Virus record (IMG/VR): IMGVR_UViG_3300003086_000045 | Coordinates: 1-64,000 of that record | Source of the DNA: an uncultured virus (IMG/VR IMGVR_UViG_3300003086_000045) | Taxonomy: Duplodnaviria; Heunggongvirae; Uroviricota; Caudoviricetes; Demerecviridae | Length of the DNA: 64,000 nucleotides | Strand: one strand, 5' to 3' | Shown: positions 49,408 to 57,320 of the stretch, piece by piece | Layout: the number at the start of each line of letters is the position of its first letter | Position numbering within the stretch: position 1 is the stretch's first letter | Notes under the pieces: model-generated | What the model was told of the DNA's origin: nothing | Database searches by the model: none | The model's input: the letters and a program-made list of their open reading frames with translations, nothing else | Position numbers and translations under genes: made by a program

Positions 49408-49436
49408 AAAAAGGGGCTTTAACGGCCCCTTCTTTG
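49408..49436. terminator. Terminator, possibly bidirectional
   Basis: AAAAAGGGGC-TTTAACG-GCCCCTTCTTT. Confidence 0.65.
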
Positions 49437-49444
49437 TTTACTAT

Positions 49445-49858
49445 TTAGTGATTATAAGCTACTGCAACAAAGTCTTTATCAGTCTCATTGAAGTAGTACT
49501 TGTTTTTCGCATCAACGTAACCTTTAGCATAAGCATCTGCTTGCCCTTTAGCGTAAGCGTCTGCTTGTCCATCAAATTTACCTTCAGCTTTACCAGAAGC
49601 TTGGTTATCGATCTTGTTCTTAGTATTAAAGTTGAAACCGAAGTCTGTGTCATTTACCCAGTTGCTAGCACCGTTAAATGGACCCCAATTACTCATACCG
49701 TTGAATGGACCTAAGTCAGAACCTGACTCAAAAGGACCCCAGTTAGAGCCTGAGTCAAAAGGACCCCAGTTACTATTGTTGTTGTCGCCAAAGAAACCAG
49801 CGTTAGCAGTTAAAGCAGTTGTTAAAAGAAGTGTTGCGATTGTAATTGATTTTTTCAT
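49445..49858 (-). CDS. Sulfur globule envelope protein-like (SgpA/B type), secreted
   Basis: Signal peptide (ANA/GFF), tandem SNWGPF repeats, DFGFNF and Gly/Tyr-rich tail. Confidence 0.55.
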   Translation of the reverse strand: MKKSITIATLLLTTALTANAGFFGDNNNSNWGPFDSGSNWGPFESGSDLGPFNGMSNWGPFNGASNWVNDTDFGFNFNTKNKIDNQASGKAEGKFDGQADAYAKGQADAYAKGYVDAKNKYYFNETDKDFVAVAYNH

Positions 49859-50034
49859 TATATTTTCTCCTCAGAAAGTTTTGGTGTATCATAAGTTAGT
49901 CGTTTTATTAGAGAGGTCGATCCTTTCCTCTTTAGCTATATTAGTCGCGCGCTAATACAGTTTTCAGAATTTTATTAGTATAAATACTCTTTAGAATACT
50001 TATACTAATAAGGGGCTTTTACACCCCTTAGGGT

Positions 50035-50910
50035 TTAGAACGTTACAGTAATACTTGCACCAATCACACCATCAGTGTTCTCAGTTTTAGTATATGTATA
50101 TTCCATAGCACCGCGCTCTATTTCAGCTACATAGGTGTTAAGGTCATTCTTATCGATATACTTACCAGTTACCATACCCATTGAAGTATTAGTCGATAGT
50201 ACTACACCAGCAATAGTTTTGCCATTTTGTGCGTCTGAGATATCACCAAGAATACCGTCATCTTGAGTAATACCAGCAGTATCCTCTACATCAATCACAA
50301 CTGCAGTTATATCAAATACTTTAACACCTGCTACACCTAAGCCTGCATTTACAGAGACACCAGTATTTGTACCAGTTGCAGTCTTTTGACGCTCAAGGTT
50401 TATATCAAAGCCAAGCATATTAGTAGTAGCTGATACAAATCTATCAGAACTAGCCATATCTTGCACTCTAAAGTTAGTTCCAGCTAGTGCCCCACTAAAA
50501 TCTAGAGCAGCGTTAGCATCCCCAGATACTTGACTTACAGCAACTCCAAATCCTCCAAGACTTGTAGAAACTTTCAGCTTGTTAGCAGCAGTTGATTCGG
50601 ATTGTAAAAGTCCTTTACCTTTTTGACCTTTGAATAATCCACCTTTAAAATCTAATCCTTCGATTTTAGTTTCAATAAACATTTGAGTACTAGTAACTGC
50701 AGCTCCACCCGCTATATCTTCAAATGTAGCAGTAACGCTTGTGCCTTCTGATACTGTACCTACTAATTTTAAATCTAAGTCTTGAGCATACGTTGCTCCA
50801 CCCGGGTTACCTTCAGTAAATGTACCCTCATAGTTACCACTAATTTCGACACCAGCTATAGCTGCCGTCATTGTTGTTGCCGTTAAAACAGCAATTAAGT
50901 TCTTGTTCAT
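50035..50910 (-). CDS. Outer-membrane porin-like beta-barrel
   Basis: Signal peptide, amphipathic beta strands, C-terminal ASITVTF beta-signal. Confidence 0.7.
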   Translation of the reverse strand: MNKNLIAVLTATTMTAAIAGVEISGNYEGTFTEGNPGGATYAQDLDLKLVGTVSEGTSVTATFEDIAGGAAVTSTQMFIETKIEGLDFKGGLFKGQKGKGLLQSESTAANKLKVSTSLGGFGVAVSQVSGDANAALDFSGALAGTNFRVQDMASSDRFVSATTNMLGFDINLERQKTATGTNTGVSVNAGLGVAGVKVFDITAVVIDVEDTAGITQDDGILGDISDAQNGKTIAGVVLSTNTSMGMVTGKYIDKNDLNTYVAEIERGAMEYTYTKTENTDGVIGASITVTF

Positions 50911-51018
50911 ATTTTCCTGTATTATAGTTAAACAAAATAAAATACGTCATTATACTAGACGTAAAAAATAGGCGGTTTAGCGCCTAGTATTAGTAGGTTA
51001 CTCCCACTAATTAGGTTA

Positions 51019-51288
51019 CTACTTAATTTCTGTTTTAAGAAATGAAGCAGTTAAATTTATTACAAAGTGTTTTTGCAAATATGGAAATATTATAGGAAAC
51101 ATCAATACCGGTATAAATATACAGACAAGGAAGAACCATACTATACTACCAACAAAAGGCCTTCTACTAACAATATTTTCTTCTTCCATACGTCTGGTTA
51201 AACAGACAGCGGGTAGAAATATATTGTATATAGATAGTAAAGAACCTGATATCGCAAAAACTACATAATATTGTAGCCATTCAGTCAT
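51019..51288 (-). CDS. Small membrane protein
   Basis: Two hydrophobic segments. Confidence 0.55.
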   Translation of the reverse strand: MTEWLQYYVVFAISGSLLSIYNIFLPAVCLTRRMEEENIVSRRPFVGSIVWFFLVCIFIPVLMFPIIFPYLQKHFVINLTASFLKTEIK

Positions 51289-51459
51289 TATTTAAATTCA
51301 CTATTTTAAAGATTAATATGATAGCCACTTAGTGGCCTCTAACTCTAACAGTTATATTTAGTAACATTAATAGTATATTTAAACTTTTACTTGACGTTTA
51401 TATACATACCTGTGTTCAATAAAACCTATCTCGAATACTATATTCTCAATTATTTTATA

Positions 51460-51488
51460 ATGATAACACACTTATACATAAATGTCAA
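51460..51488 (-). promoter_or_regulatory. Sigma70 promoter
   Basis: TTGACA-N17-TATCAT. Confidence 0.6.
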
Positions 51489-51543
51489 GTCTTATTTTTG
51501 CTAGGTCTACTATTTATTCAGACCTAGCATACTTATTTTATAA

Positions 51544-51732
51544 TTACGCCTCTTTTATATTATCTGTGTTTATTAATGGTTGTTCCCCATCTGTTGATAA
51601 TGCGAACTCTAAGCTATGAATTATCTGAATAATACTTGCTAATTCTGTTGATATATCTTCCTTAGCTTGGTACAGTTCTAACATTCTAAGTTTTTGCTTA
51701 GTAATTTGCTCCTCTACTTTACTAGTATCCAT
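51544..51732 (-). CDS. Small coiled-coil protein
   Basis: ORF coupled to the dsrC-like gene; start MDTSK. Confidence 0.5.
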   Translation of the reverse strand: MDTSKVEEQITKQKLRMLELYQAKEDISTELASIIQIIHSLEFALSTDGEQPLINTDNIKEA

Positions 51733-52019
51733 TATACACACCCCGTTGGTTGAGGCATACCACCATACTTAGTAATAGGCTTCATTGGACCAGTTAACCA
51801 CTCTTTAAATAAGGTTTTCTTATCAATTCCAACCACTTTAGCAAACGTTCTGATTGGTGGTACTGATGAGTTCTCTGAAAAGTAATCTCTTGCTGCAAGA
51901 ATTTGAACTACCATACTAGCAGTTAATTCTAAATCATCTTCTTTTGCCATCTCGTGCATAACTTCTTCAGACCAAATAGTTGGGTCTTCTAAATACCCAT
52001 TTCCAGTTCTATCTAACAT
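51732..52019 (-). CDS. dsrC: DsrC/TusE family sulfur carrier (single C-terminal Cys)
   Basis: D..GYL.D...WSEE....MA....L.LT...R.Y....P..R...LF..GP.K....GG.P.PTGCV. Confidence 0.85.
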   Translation of the reverse strand: MLDRTGNGYLEDPTIWSEEVMHEMAKEDDLELTASMVVQILAARDYFSENSSVPPIRTFAKVVGIDKKTLFKEWLTGPMKPITKYGGMPQPTGCV

Positions 52020-52022
52020 AAT

Positions 52023-52328
52023 TTAACCCCTTAATTTGTCTAACTCTTCTGCACTTTTCGTACGTTCTTTATAACCACCTCTATCTGATACGGATTTAGT
52101 ATCATATTTACGATTCAAAGGATTATCCACTAATGACTGTTCATAGGTTCCGCCAAAGGCAGGCCGACTAGAAGCTGCTTCCTCTCGTGTCATTGGTGTA
52201 CTACTGTAAGCATGTACTCTCATACCTTTATCATTTGTATATAAATTCTCGTTCATTCCTTCTTCAAACATTGTTCTATCTCCCTTAGATTTCTCTTCTT
52301 CGTTACTCACGAATTTTAACATAAACAT
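52023..52328 (-). CDS. Hypothetical protein
   Basis: 101-aa ORF within the operon. Confidence 0.5.
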   Translation of the reverse strand: MFMLKFVSNEEEKSKGDRTMFEEGMNENLYTNDKGMRVHAYSSTPMTREEAASSRPAFGGTYEQSLVDNPLNRKYDTKSVSDRGGYKERTKSAEELDKLRG

Positions 52329-52615
52329 TATCTGTAATATCTGCTATAACCAACCCAATAATCTTTAGTGTACTGTTTAGTATTAGCACTATAATGATTA
52401 TATCCAGTAGGTATATGAGTATACCTATAGTTATTATTATCAAATTCGTCTACAAAATTACTTGCTTCTTTAATAAACCATCTTGGTTCCATAAAGGAAT
52501 ATGGATTAAATCCAAATATACCTCTATCACTACCATAATAGTTATTCCCAAAAAATCCTGCTGATGCATTACCCATTGTTACAGCTAAAGCTGCTGCTAA
52601 TATTACTTTTTTCAT
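52328..52615 (-). CDS. Small secreted Tyr/Asn/Gly-rich protein
   Basis: MKKVILAAALAVTMGNASA/GFFGNN signal peptide, with the same GFFG mature start as 49445..49858. Confidence 0.65.
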   Translation of the reverse strand: MKKVILAAALAVTMGNASAGFFGNNYYGSDRGIFGFNPYSFMEPRWFIKEASNFVDEFDNNNYRYTHIPTGYNHYSANTKQYTKDYWVGYSRYYR

Positions 52616-52645
52616 TATCTTCTCTTCTCTGTTGTTAAAATTGTG

Positions 52646-52722
52646 TGGTGGGCCTACTTGGACTTGAACCAAGGACCAATCGATTATGAGTCGATTGCTC
52701 TAACCAGCTGAGCTATAGGCCC
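52646..52722 (-). tRNA. tRNA with CAU anticodon (Ile2-like, or Met)
   Basis: GGGCCTATAGCTCAGCTGGTTAGAGC-ATCGA CT CAT AA TCGAT-GGTTCAAGTCC...GGCCCACCA. Confidence 0.93.
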
Positions 52723-53519
52723 TTAAAAGGATTTAGTATCTGGTCCAACGTTACGCTATCATCACCTACTTTACTTTGTGATATTAACTTCTCTATACCC
52801 GACAAAAACTTTATCCTAGAGTCTATAGCCTTTACAGCATATTTTTCTGACTCTACTATTTTTTGCGGGTCTCCTTCGCATAATGATTCTAATAATCTTT
52901 GTGCTGCTGGGCCATGTTCATCTCCGTCTAACTCTATATGTCTTTCTAGATAGTACTTAAACCTAGGAGCTTCCAATTGTGTTCGTTTAAGAACAGATGA
53001 AAACATAGTAGGTATAACGTTCTCTCTACCATGTAAGAACGTTGCCGCTATTACATGGGATTTTTTGGTATTTATAAACTCAAAAGTGCTAACGAGAAAC
53101 TCGTATGCTACTTTATCTTTTCTTTCCAATACTGCCATAGCAAATCCAAGTCCATCGGTTCTGATATGTCGTATAAATCTGTCTATATTAGAAGTATCGG
53201 CCCCAATTTCATACATACCTTGTAAGTATAAATCAAAATGTGACACTCTACCTGTACCTCCCATAGCAACATCAGATTCCTCATATAAAACTATTTCATT
53301 TATTAGGCCTGCTGTGTTATCTTTGGTACTTTTTATTGGCATCCATAGATCAGTTGAGGGACATATATGGTTCTGTAGTGACTTAACTAAAGACATGAAG
53401 TCCCATACTGCGAATACGTGCGTCTCCATGAATATTTTTAGACTCGGTAAGTCTAAGCTATTTTTATTTGATAATAAACTATGCTCATATAGTTCTTTAG
53501 TTTTACTCTCTACACTCAT
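52713..53519 (-). CDS. DUF3050 / heme-oxygenase-like diiron protein
   Basis: FME.HVFAVWDFMSL.K.LQ, INEIVL.EESD, SHF.LYL..M, GRE.VIP.MF, YYLERHIELDGDEHGP. Confidence 0.85.
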   Translation of the reverse strand: MSVESKTKELYEHSLLSNKNSLDLPSLKIFMETHVFAVWDFMSLVKSLQNHICPSTDLWMPIKSTKDNTAGLINEIVLYEESDVAMGGTGRVSHFDLYLQGMYEIGADTSNIDRFIRHIRTDGLGFAMAVLERKDKVAYEFLVSTFEFINTKKSHVIAATFLHGRENVIPTMFSSVLKRTQLEAPRFKYYLERHIELDGDEHGPAAQRLLESLCEGDPQKIVESEKYAVKAIDSRIKFLSGIEKLISQSKVGDDSVTLDQILNPFKGL

Positions 53520-53534
53520 TATCTCTACTCAGGT

Positions 53535-53608
53535 TGGAGCGGATAGTCAGAATCGAACTGACCTTCATGGGTTGGAAACCCATTGTATTACCGATATACG
53601 ATACCCGC
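53535..53608 (-). tRNA. tRNA-Gly(UCC)
   Basis: GCGGGTA...ATGGG TT TCC AA CCCAT...GTTCGATTC...TATCCGCTCCA. Confidence 0.93.
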
Positions 53609-53611
53609 AAA

Positions 53612-53865
53612 ATAAAGCGAACTAAGCTAATCCCGCCAAACTCTTAGTTCATGGGCTCTCCACTCACACTAGGTGGGGAGGTTGTAGAGCCCTTTCCCTT
53701 AACAGTGTCCTTCTATTTTATTCCCCGAAGGACAGGGGAGTATACTATGCTACCTCGGCTTTAAGAGCGTTAAAGCTCACCATGATAATACCTATGAGAA
53801 GACTAAATCTCTAGGAATTAGGAATTATAAAGGCCCCGGACTTCCCTAGTAGCTAGGATAGGTGG
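53612..53865 (-). ncRNA. Putative structured RNA upstream of tRNA-Gly
   Basis: GC-richer, ORF-free region with several hairpins and an H-type pseudoknot. Confidence 0.45.
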
Positions 53866-54060
53866 TCAACCTGATTTTTCTGCCATAGTATAAACTAAAT
53901 CATCATTCAAGAACTGGAATGAATCAATTAAACTACCATCTCTTTCCCATACGTCAATAATAATACCACTATTGCACGAACTTTCTCTAACCTCTACGGA
54001 ATAGTGGTCAGTATTTAACACGGATCTATTCTCTTCTAAATTTGTTGTTTCTATTTTCAT
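53866..54060 (-). CDS. Hypothetical protein
   Basis: ORF from MKIETT immediately downstream of a promoter, so nearly leaderless. Confidence 0.4.
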   Translation of the reverse strand: MKIETTNLEENRSVLNTDHYSVEVRESSCNSGIIIDVWERDGSLIDSFQFLNDDLVYTMAEKSG

Positions 54061-54067
54061 TGTGTAT

Positions 54068-54096
54068 ATTATACAGTGAAATGACCAAAATGTCAA
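54068..54096 (-). promoter_or_regulatory. Sigma70 promoter
   Basis: TTGACA-N17-TATAAT. Confidence 0.85.
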
Positions 54097-54238
54097 GTAT
54101 TATTTTCTGTTACCTGCTTTAAAAATACTTCTGATATTTTCTTTACTAGGGTTCTGTTGTTGAAACCTCTTAGTAGCATCCTCTTTACTTGATGCTTTAA
54201 TAACATAAGCCTTCTCTTTGACAGTGTAAACTATCCAG

Positions 54239-54499
54239 TCAGTCAGCATCGTCCCCTACTTCATCGTCTGGGAACTCATTTGGGCCAAGTTTACCGAACT
54301 CTGCGTTTTCATCTTCTTCACTCCTACCGCACCAGTTACATTCTTCTCCTTCGCCTATAGACATCACGGTACACTCTACTCTACATCTGTGAACCCACAT
54401 CATACTGTTCTCCTTCTTATATTCTATGCAATCCCCATAACTGGGGTAAATTGGGCAAGATACATCGGCTTTACTACATGTGTCACACAAATATACCAT
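54239..54499 (-). CDS. Small Cys-rich (zinc-finger-like) protein
   Basis: CDTC, C..YP...C, HRC, CNWCG. Confidence 0.5.
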   Translation of the reverse strand: MVYLCDTCSKADVSCPIYPSYGDCIEYKKENSMMWVHRCRVECTVMSIGEGEECNWCGRSEEDENAEFGKLGPNEFPDDEVGDDAD

Positions 54500-54776
54500 A
54501 TAGTTTTCCCTCTAAATCATATGCCTCTTCTTCTGATACTTTCTGTCCTGTTGAGTACTGTCTTACGTGTACCATCTCATGACAGAGAGTAATCATTTTG
54601 TCAGTTAAAGATAAACTTTCATTTATCTCTATGTCGTACAACTCATCTCCATCTACACACCATCCATCCACATCTAATTTCTCATAGTGAATATCTACAC
54701 CTACCTTTTTGCCGAGGTTGAGCTCTTTGTAGCAAAATTCGGCAAGCTCGGTAAGTTCTGGTGGAGCATAAATCAT
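54483..54776 (-). CDS. Small HExxH zinc metallopeptidase-like protein
   Basis: TLCHEMVHVRQY...E.EAY.LE. Confidence 0.7.
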   Translation of the reverse strand: MIYAPPELTELAEFCYKELNLGKKVGVDIHYEKLDVDGWCVDGDELYDIEINESLSLTDKMITLCHEMVHVRQYSTGQKVSEEEAYDLEGKLYGIFV

Positions 54777-55080
54777 ATAAGTTCCTTATTAAAATGCCTC
54801 TTTAAAGAGGCTTACTGTTCATCTTCTAAATCTAAAAGTATATCTATGTTTTCTTCTTCCTTAACCCATTCTAATGTTCCTAGAACTCCGTCTTTAAAAC
54901 CTGATTTGTATGAAAAGTATACTGCTCCACTGAGTAAAGCAGTATAGGCAACTGCCATATACATATAGTATTCTATTATAGTCATTTAATTAACCCATAA
55001 ATAGTGAGAAGAACAGCAGTACTATAACGATAAATACCAAAACATGCATATCTCTTTCTCCGTTAGGCCTAAGCCCCCTG

Positions 55081-55437
55081 CTACGTATTGAAAGCTAATC
55101 TCACTTCCTCTGCTGATAAAAGAACACCCCTATCTAAATCCTCATTGATTAACAACTCAGCCCAAGATGGTATACTGTCAACTGTTTGAAGTATATCAAC
55201 TAAAACTAACACATCTATAAGTCTCCCTAGAGGAGTGTTTGGTGTGTATAGAATAACATTATCAGCACTACGTTTACTCAACATAAGTCCTAATTGTTTG
55301 CTATAACTATTTTTTGGTGAACAAAAAGATACTCCCCACTCAATGTGGTTCATGCCTATGTCCACTAGTCGGGTATATACTGTTACTACACCCTTGCCAT
55401 TATGGCCAATTCTCCTAACTTTCTCCCCCGGCTTCAT
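55081..55437 (-). CDS. Hypothetical phage protein
   Basis: GVSFCSPKNSYSK..G motif. Confidence 0.55.
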   Translation of the reverse strand: MKPGEKVRRIGHNGKGVVTVYTRLVDIGMNHIEWGVSFCSPKNSYSKQLGLMLSKRSADNVILYTPNTPLGRLIDVLVLVDILQTVDSIPSWAELLINEDLDRGVLLSAEEVRLAFNT

Positions 55438-55644
55438 CTGTCCATCCCAGTTGTTTGTCTTTTAACTTAAAAGACTGAATAACGGTTAAATCATGGGCAG
55501 GCGTACTTGCTGTATCAGAGTCTGATACCTCTATTTGAGCCACGATTGAATCTTCCAAGTCGAACCACTTTTCGTAGTCGCTTGATATAACCACACTCTT
55601 TGTCGTCATATTTTTTCCTTAAATTTATATTTTATAAAGTGTAT

Positions 55645-55673
55645 ATTATACACGTTTTTGGGCAACTTGTCAA
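55645..55673 (-). promoter_or_regulatory. Sigma70 promoter
   Basis: TTGACA-N17-TATAAT. Confidence 0.85.
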
Positions 55674-55681
55674 GTATTATT

Positions 55682-56014
55682 TTAACCGTTCGTCCATTTA
55701 GCTTTTTTACTTTTTGTCTCTGGGTCTATATAGTCTTTAATACGAGTTCTAATAGCTCCCTCTGATCTGGTGGTTCCCACTTCCTTGGTTAGTTGTTCTA
55801 TTATACCTTTTACAGAAATTCCATCCCTAAAGTATAACCTTTTAACCATGTTTTGTTCTTTCTCAGTCCAAGCAGTATAACTCCTTTTACCTTCTTTCTC
55901 TGGAAGCTCCCCTCTCTTATATAGCGTCATTATTATTTCTGATAGGTTATTCCTATCACTCATTAAATAGTCAGTTAGTTGGGCTTTATCCATTTCGAAC
56001 CATTTTCTTCTCAT
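55682..56014 (-). CDS. HTH/Myb-like DNA-binding protein
   Basis: WTEKE...L...G.S...I...RSEGAIRTR. Confidence 0.6.
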   Translation of the reverse strand: MRRKWFEMDKAQLTDYLMSDRNNLSEIIMTLYKRGELPEKEGKRSYTAWTEKEQNMVKRLYFRDGISVKGIIEQLTKEVGTTRSEGAIRTRIKDYIDPETKSKKAKWTNG

Positions 56015-56039
56015 TCTCGTCTCCCACGTTGTAATTAGG

Positions 56040-56240
56040 TGATAGTAATTTATGTTATTAGGGACTATCAGAACCTCACCAGGTGCATGCTAGGTGGCTT
56101 TCTTTGTCTTGTACGTAGACTTGCTTACAGGAGTTTTCGGCAGTTTCCCCTCTTCTTGTATTGATGGAGGGTGATTGTTGATTAAGGCACACCCTGCCTG
56201 AAGCCTGTTAACTATACCGGTCCTGGTGTAGTTAATGAAC
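56040..56240 (-). ncRNA. Putative structured RNA downstream of the tmRNA
   Basis: Nested stems (ACAGG/CCTGT, GGCAG/CTGCC, GGGTG/CACCC) and a CACCAGG/CCTGGTG long-range pair; no ORF. Confidence 0.4.
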
Positions 56241-56264
56241 AAATTTTGGGTCGGGCATATTCAA

Positions 56265-56518
56265 TCCTCAGCTCACTTTTGTTATAAGGCTGTAGTCACC
56301 TCAAACCACTGCTAGGCAGCGATTGCGTATACGTTATCATTTGCGTTTACTTTTAGTTGTGTTTAAGAGTTTCTTCTCTAACGCCTAATATCTTCTGTTA
56401 CCTAGTCGAACACTATATCACCCCCATCAGAAGTACACTACACAATGTACTTTTGGTGGAGGTGGGCGGTACTGCCCCGCCGTCCTAAATAACTCCAATG
56501 AAAAGGTTTACGTCGTTC
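56265..56518 (-). ncRNA. ssrA: Circularly permuted (two-piece) tmRNA
   Basis: Acceptor piece ends GACGGCGGGGCAGTACCGCC-CACCTCC-ACCA (CCA at 56456-56454). A 28-nt intervening hairpin follows, then GGGGGTG...TTCGAC (56425). G3:U wobble present; tag ANDNVYAIAA* at 56344-56312. Outer ends are approximate. Confidence 0.9.
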
Positions 56519-56663
56519 TATTTAGGGAGAACACCGAGCTCGGTGTGTGGGAGGTGAGCTGGATGCTCTCTCTAAATAAAAATGGCAGGCTTAATACCCC
56601 AGCATATCCACTCTCAAACGCCTTAGCTCGAGTGACTTCGCTACCTGCCGGTGGGGGCTTCTT

Positions 56664-56999
56664 TTAGTAGGATTCTATATATCTATGTAATCCAATGTTG
56701 TAGTCCCAATACTCTCCGTAGTACTCGATATCGGTATCTTCTTCCCCTAACATAATAATGCCAAAGGTATCGTTTCTTAGAAAGGCTGTTTCCTCTGGTT
56801 CTTCGGGTTCTTCTCGTAAAGCTATTTTATCTAAAAACCACTCTATAGCCTCATAAGTACGTTTACTCCAATTGAATCTGTACGTAATCATAGTATCATC
56901 TTTATGTACTTCTGAAATATACTCTTTCCAATTCCCCCAGTTTACTTCTCCATAGGTTACTTTGTCTACTACTACTACTGCTTGATATTCATATCCCAT
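56664..56999 (-). CDS. Acidic hypothetical protein
   Basis: GGAGG RBS before MGYEYQ. Confidence 0.6.
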   Translation of the reverse strand: MGYEYQAVVVVDKVTYGEVNWGNWKEYISEVHKDDTMITYRFNWSKRTYEAIEWFLDKIALREEPEEPEETAFLRNDTFGIIMLGEEDTDIEYYGEYWDYNIGLHRYIESY

Positions 57000-57291
57000 T
57001 CTATTTCCTCCCAAAATATTATAATAAGGTGATGACAACCTATAACTCCATCCCATAAGTGACCCGTTATAAGTTGCCATCGGCTAGCGTTCGGGTTTCG
57101 ATGTTAAAGGGCAACCCAGGCTTCAAATCCCAAACCCTTACTCACTAATATTTTGAGACTCAAGGTGGCACAGTCTAATCATACTGATATTTATCCTGCT
57201 ACCTCGAGTTAGAGCATGCAGCATCTGAAGTACACCGAAAATGGTGTTCTTAGAATTTGGTTTTTTTGAAAATTCTCAATTTCTAAAAGAT

Positions 57292-57320
57292 ATTATCCCA
57301 TAATTTAACCAGAATGTCAA
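57292..57320 (-). promoter_or_regulatory. Sigma70 promoter; 31 bp identical to 62217-62247
   Basis: TTGACA-N17-GATAAT. Confidence 0.8.

Noticed and set aside
52616..52672. N-terminal extension of ORF 52328..52672
   Set aside because: It overlaps the tRNA; the true start is MKKVIL at 52615.
53612..53865. RNase P RNA (GGGAAGTCCGG resembles GAGGAAAGTCC)
   Set aside because: The matching 3' P4 strand and other conserved regions were not found; kept only as an unknown RNA.
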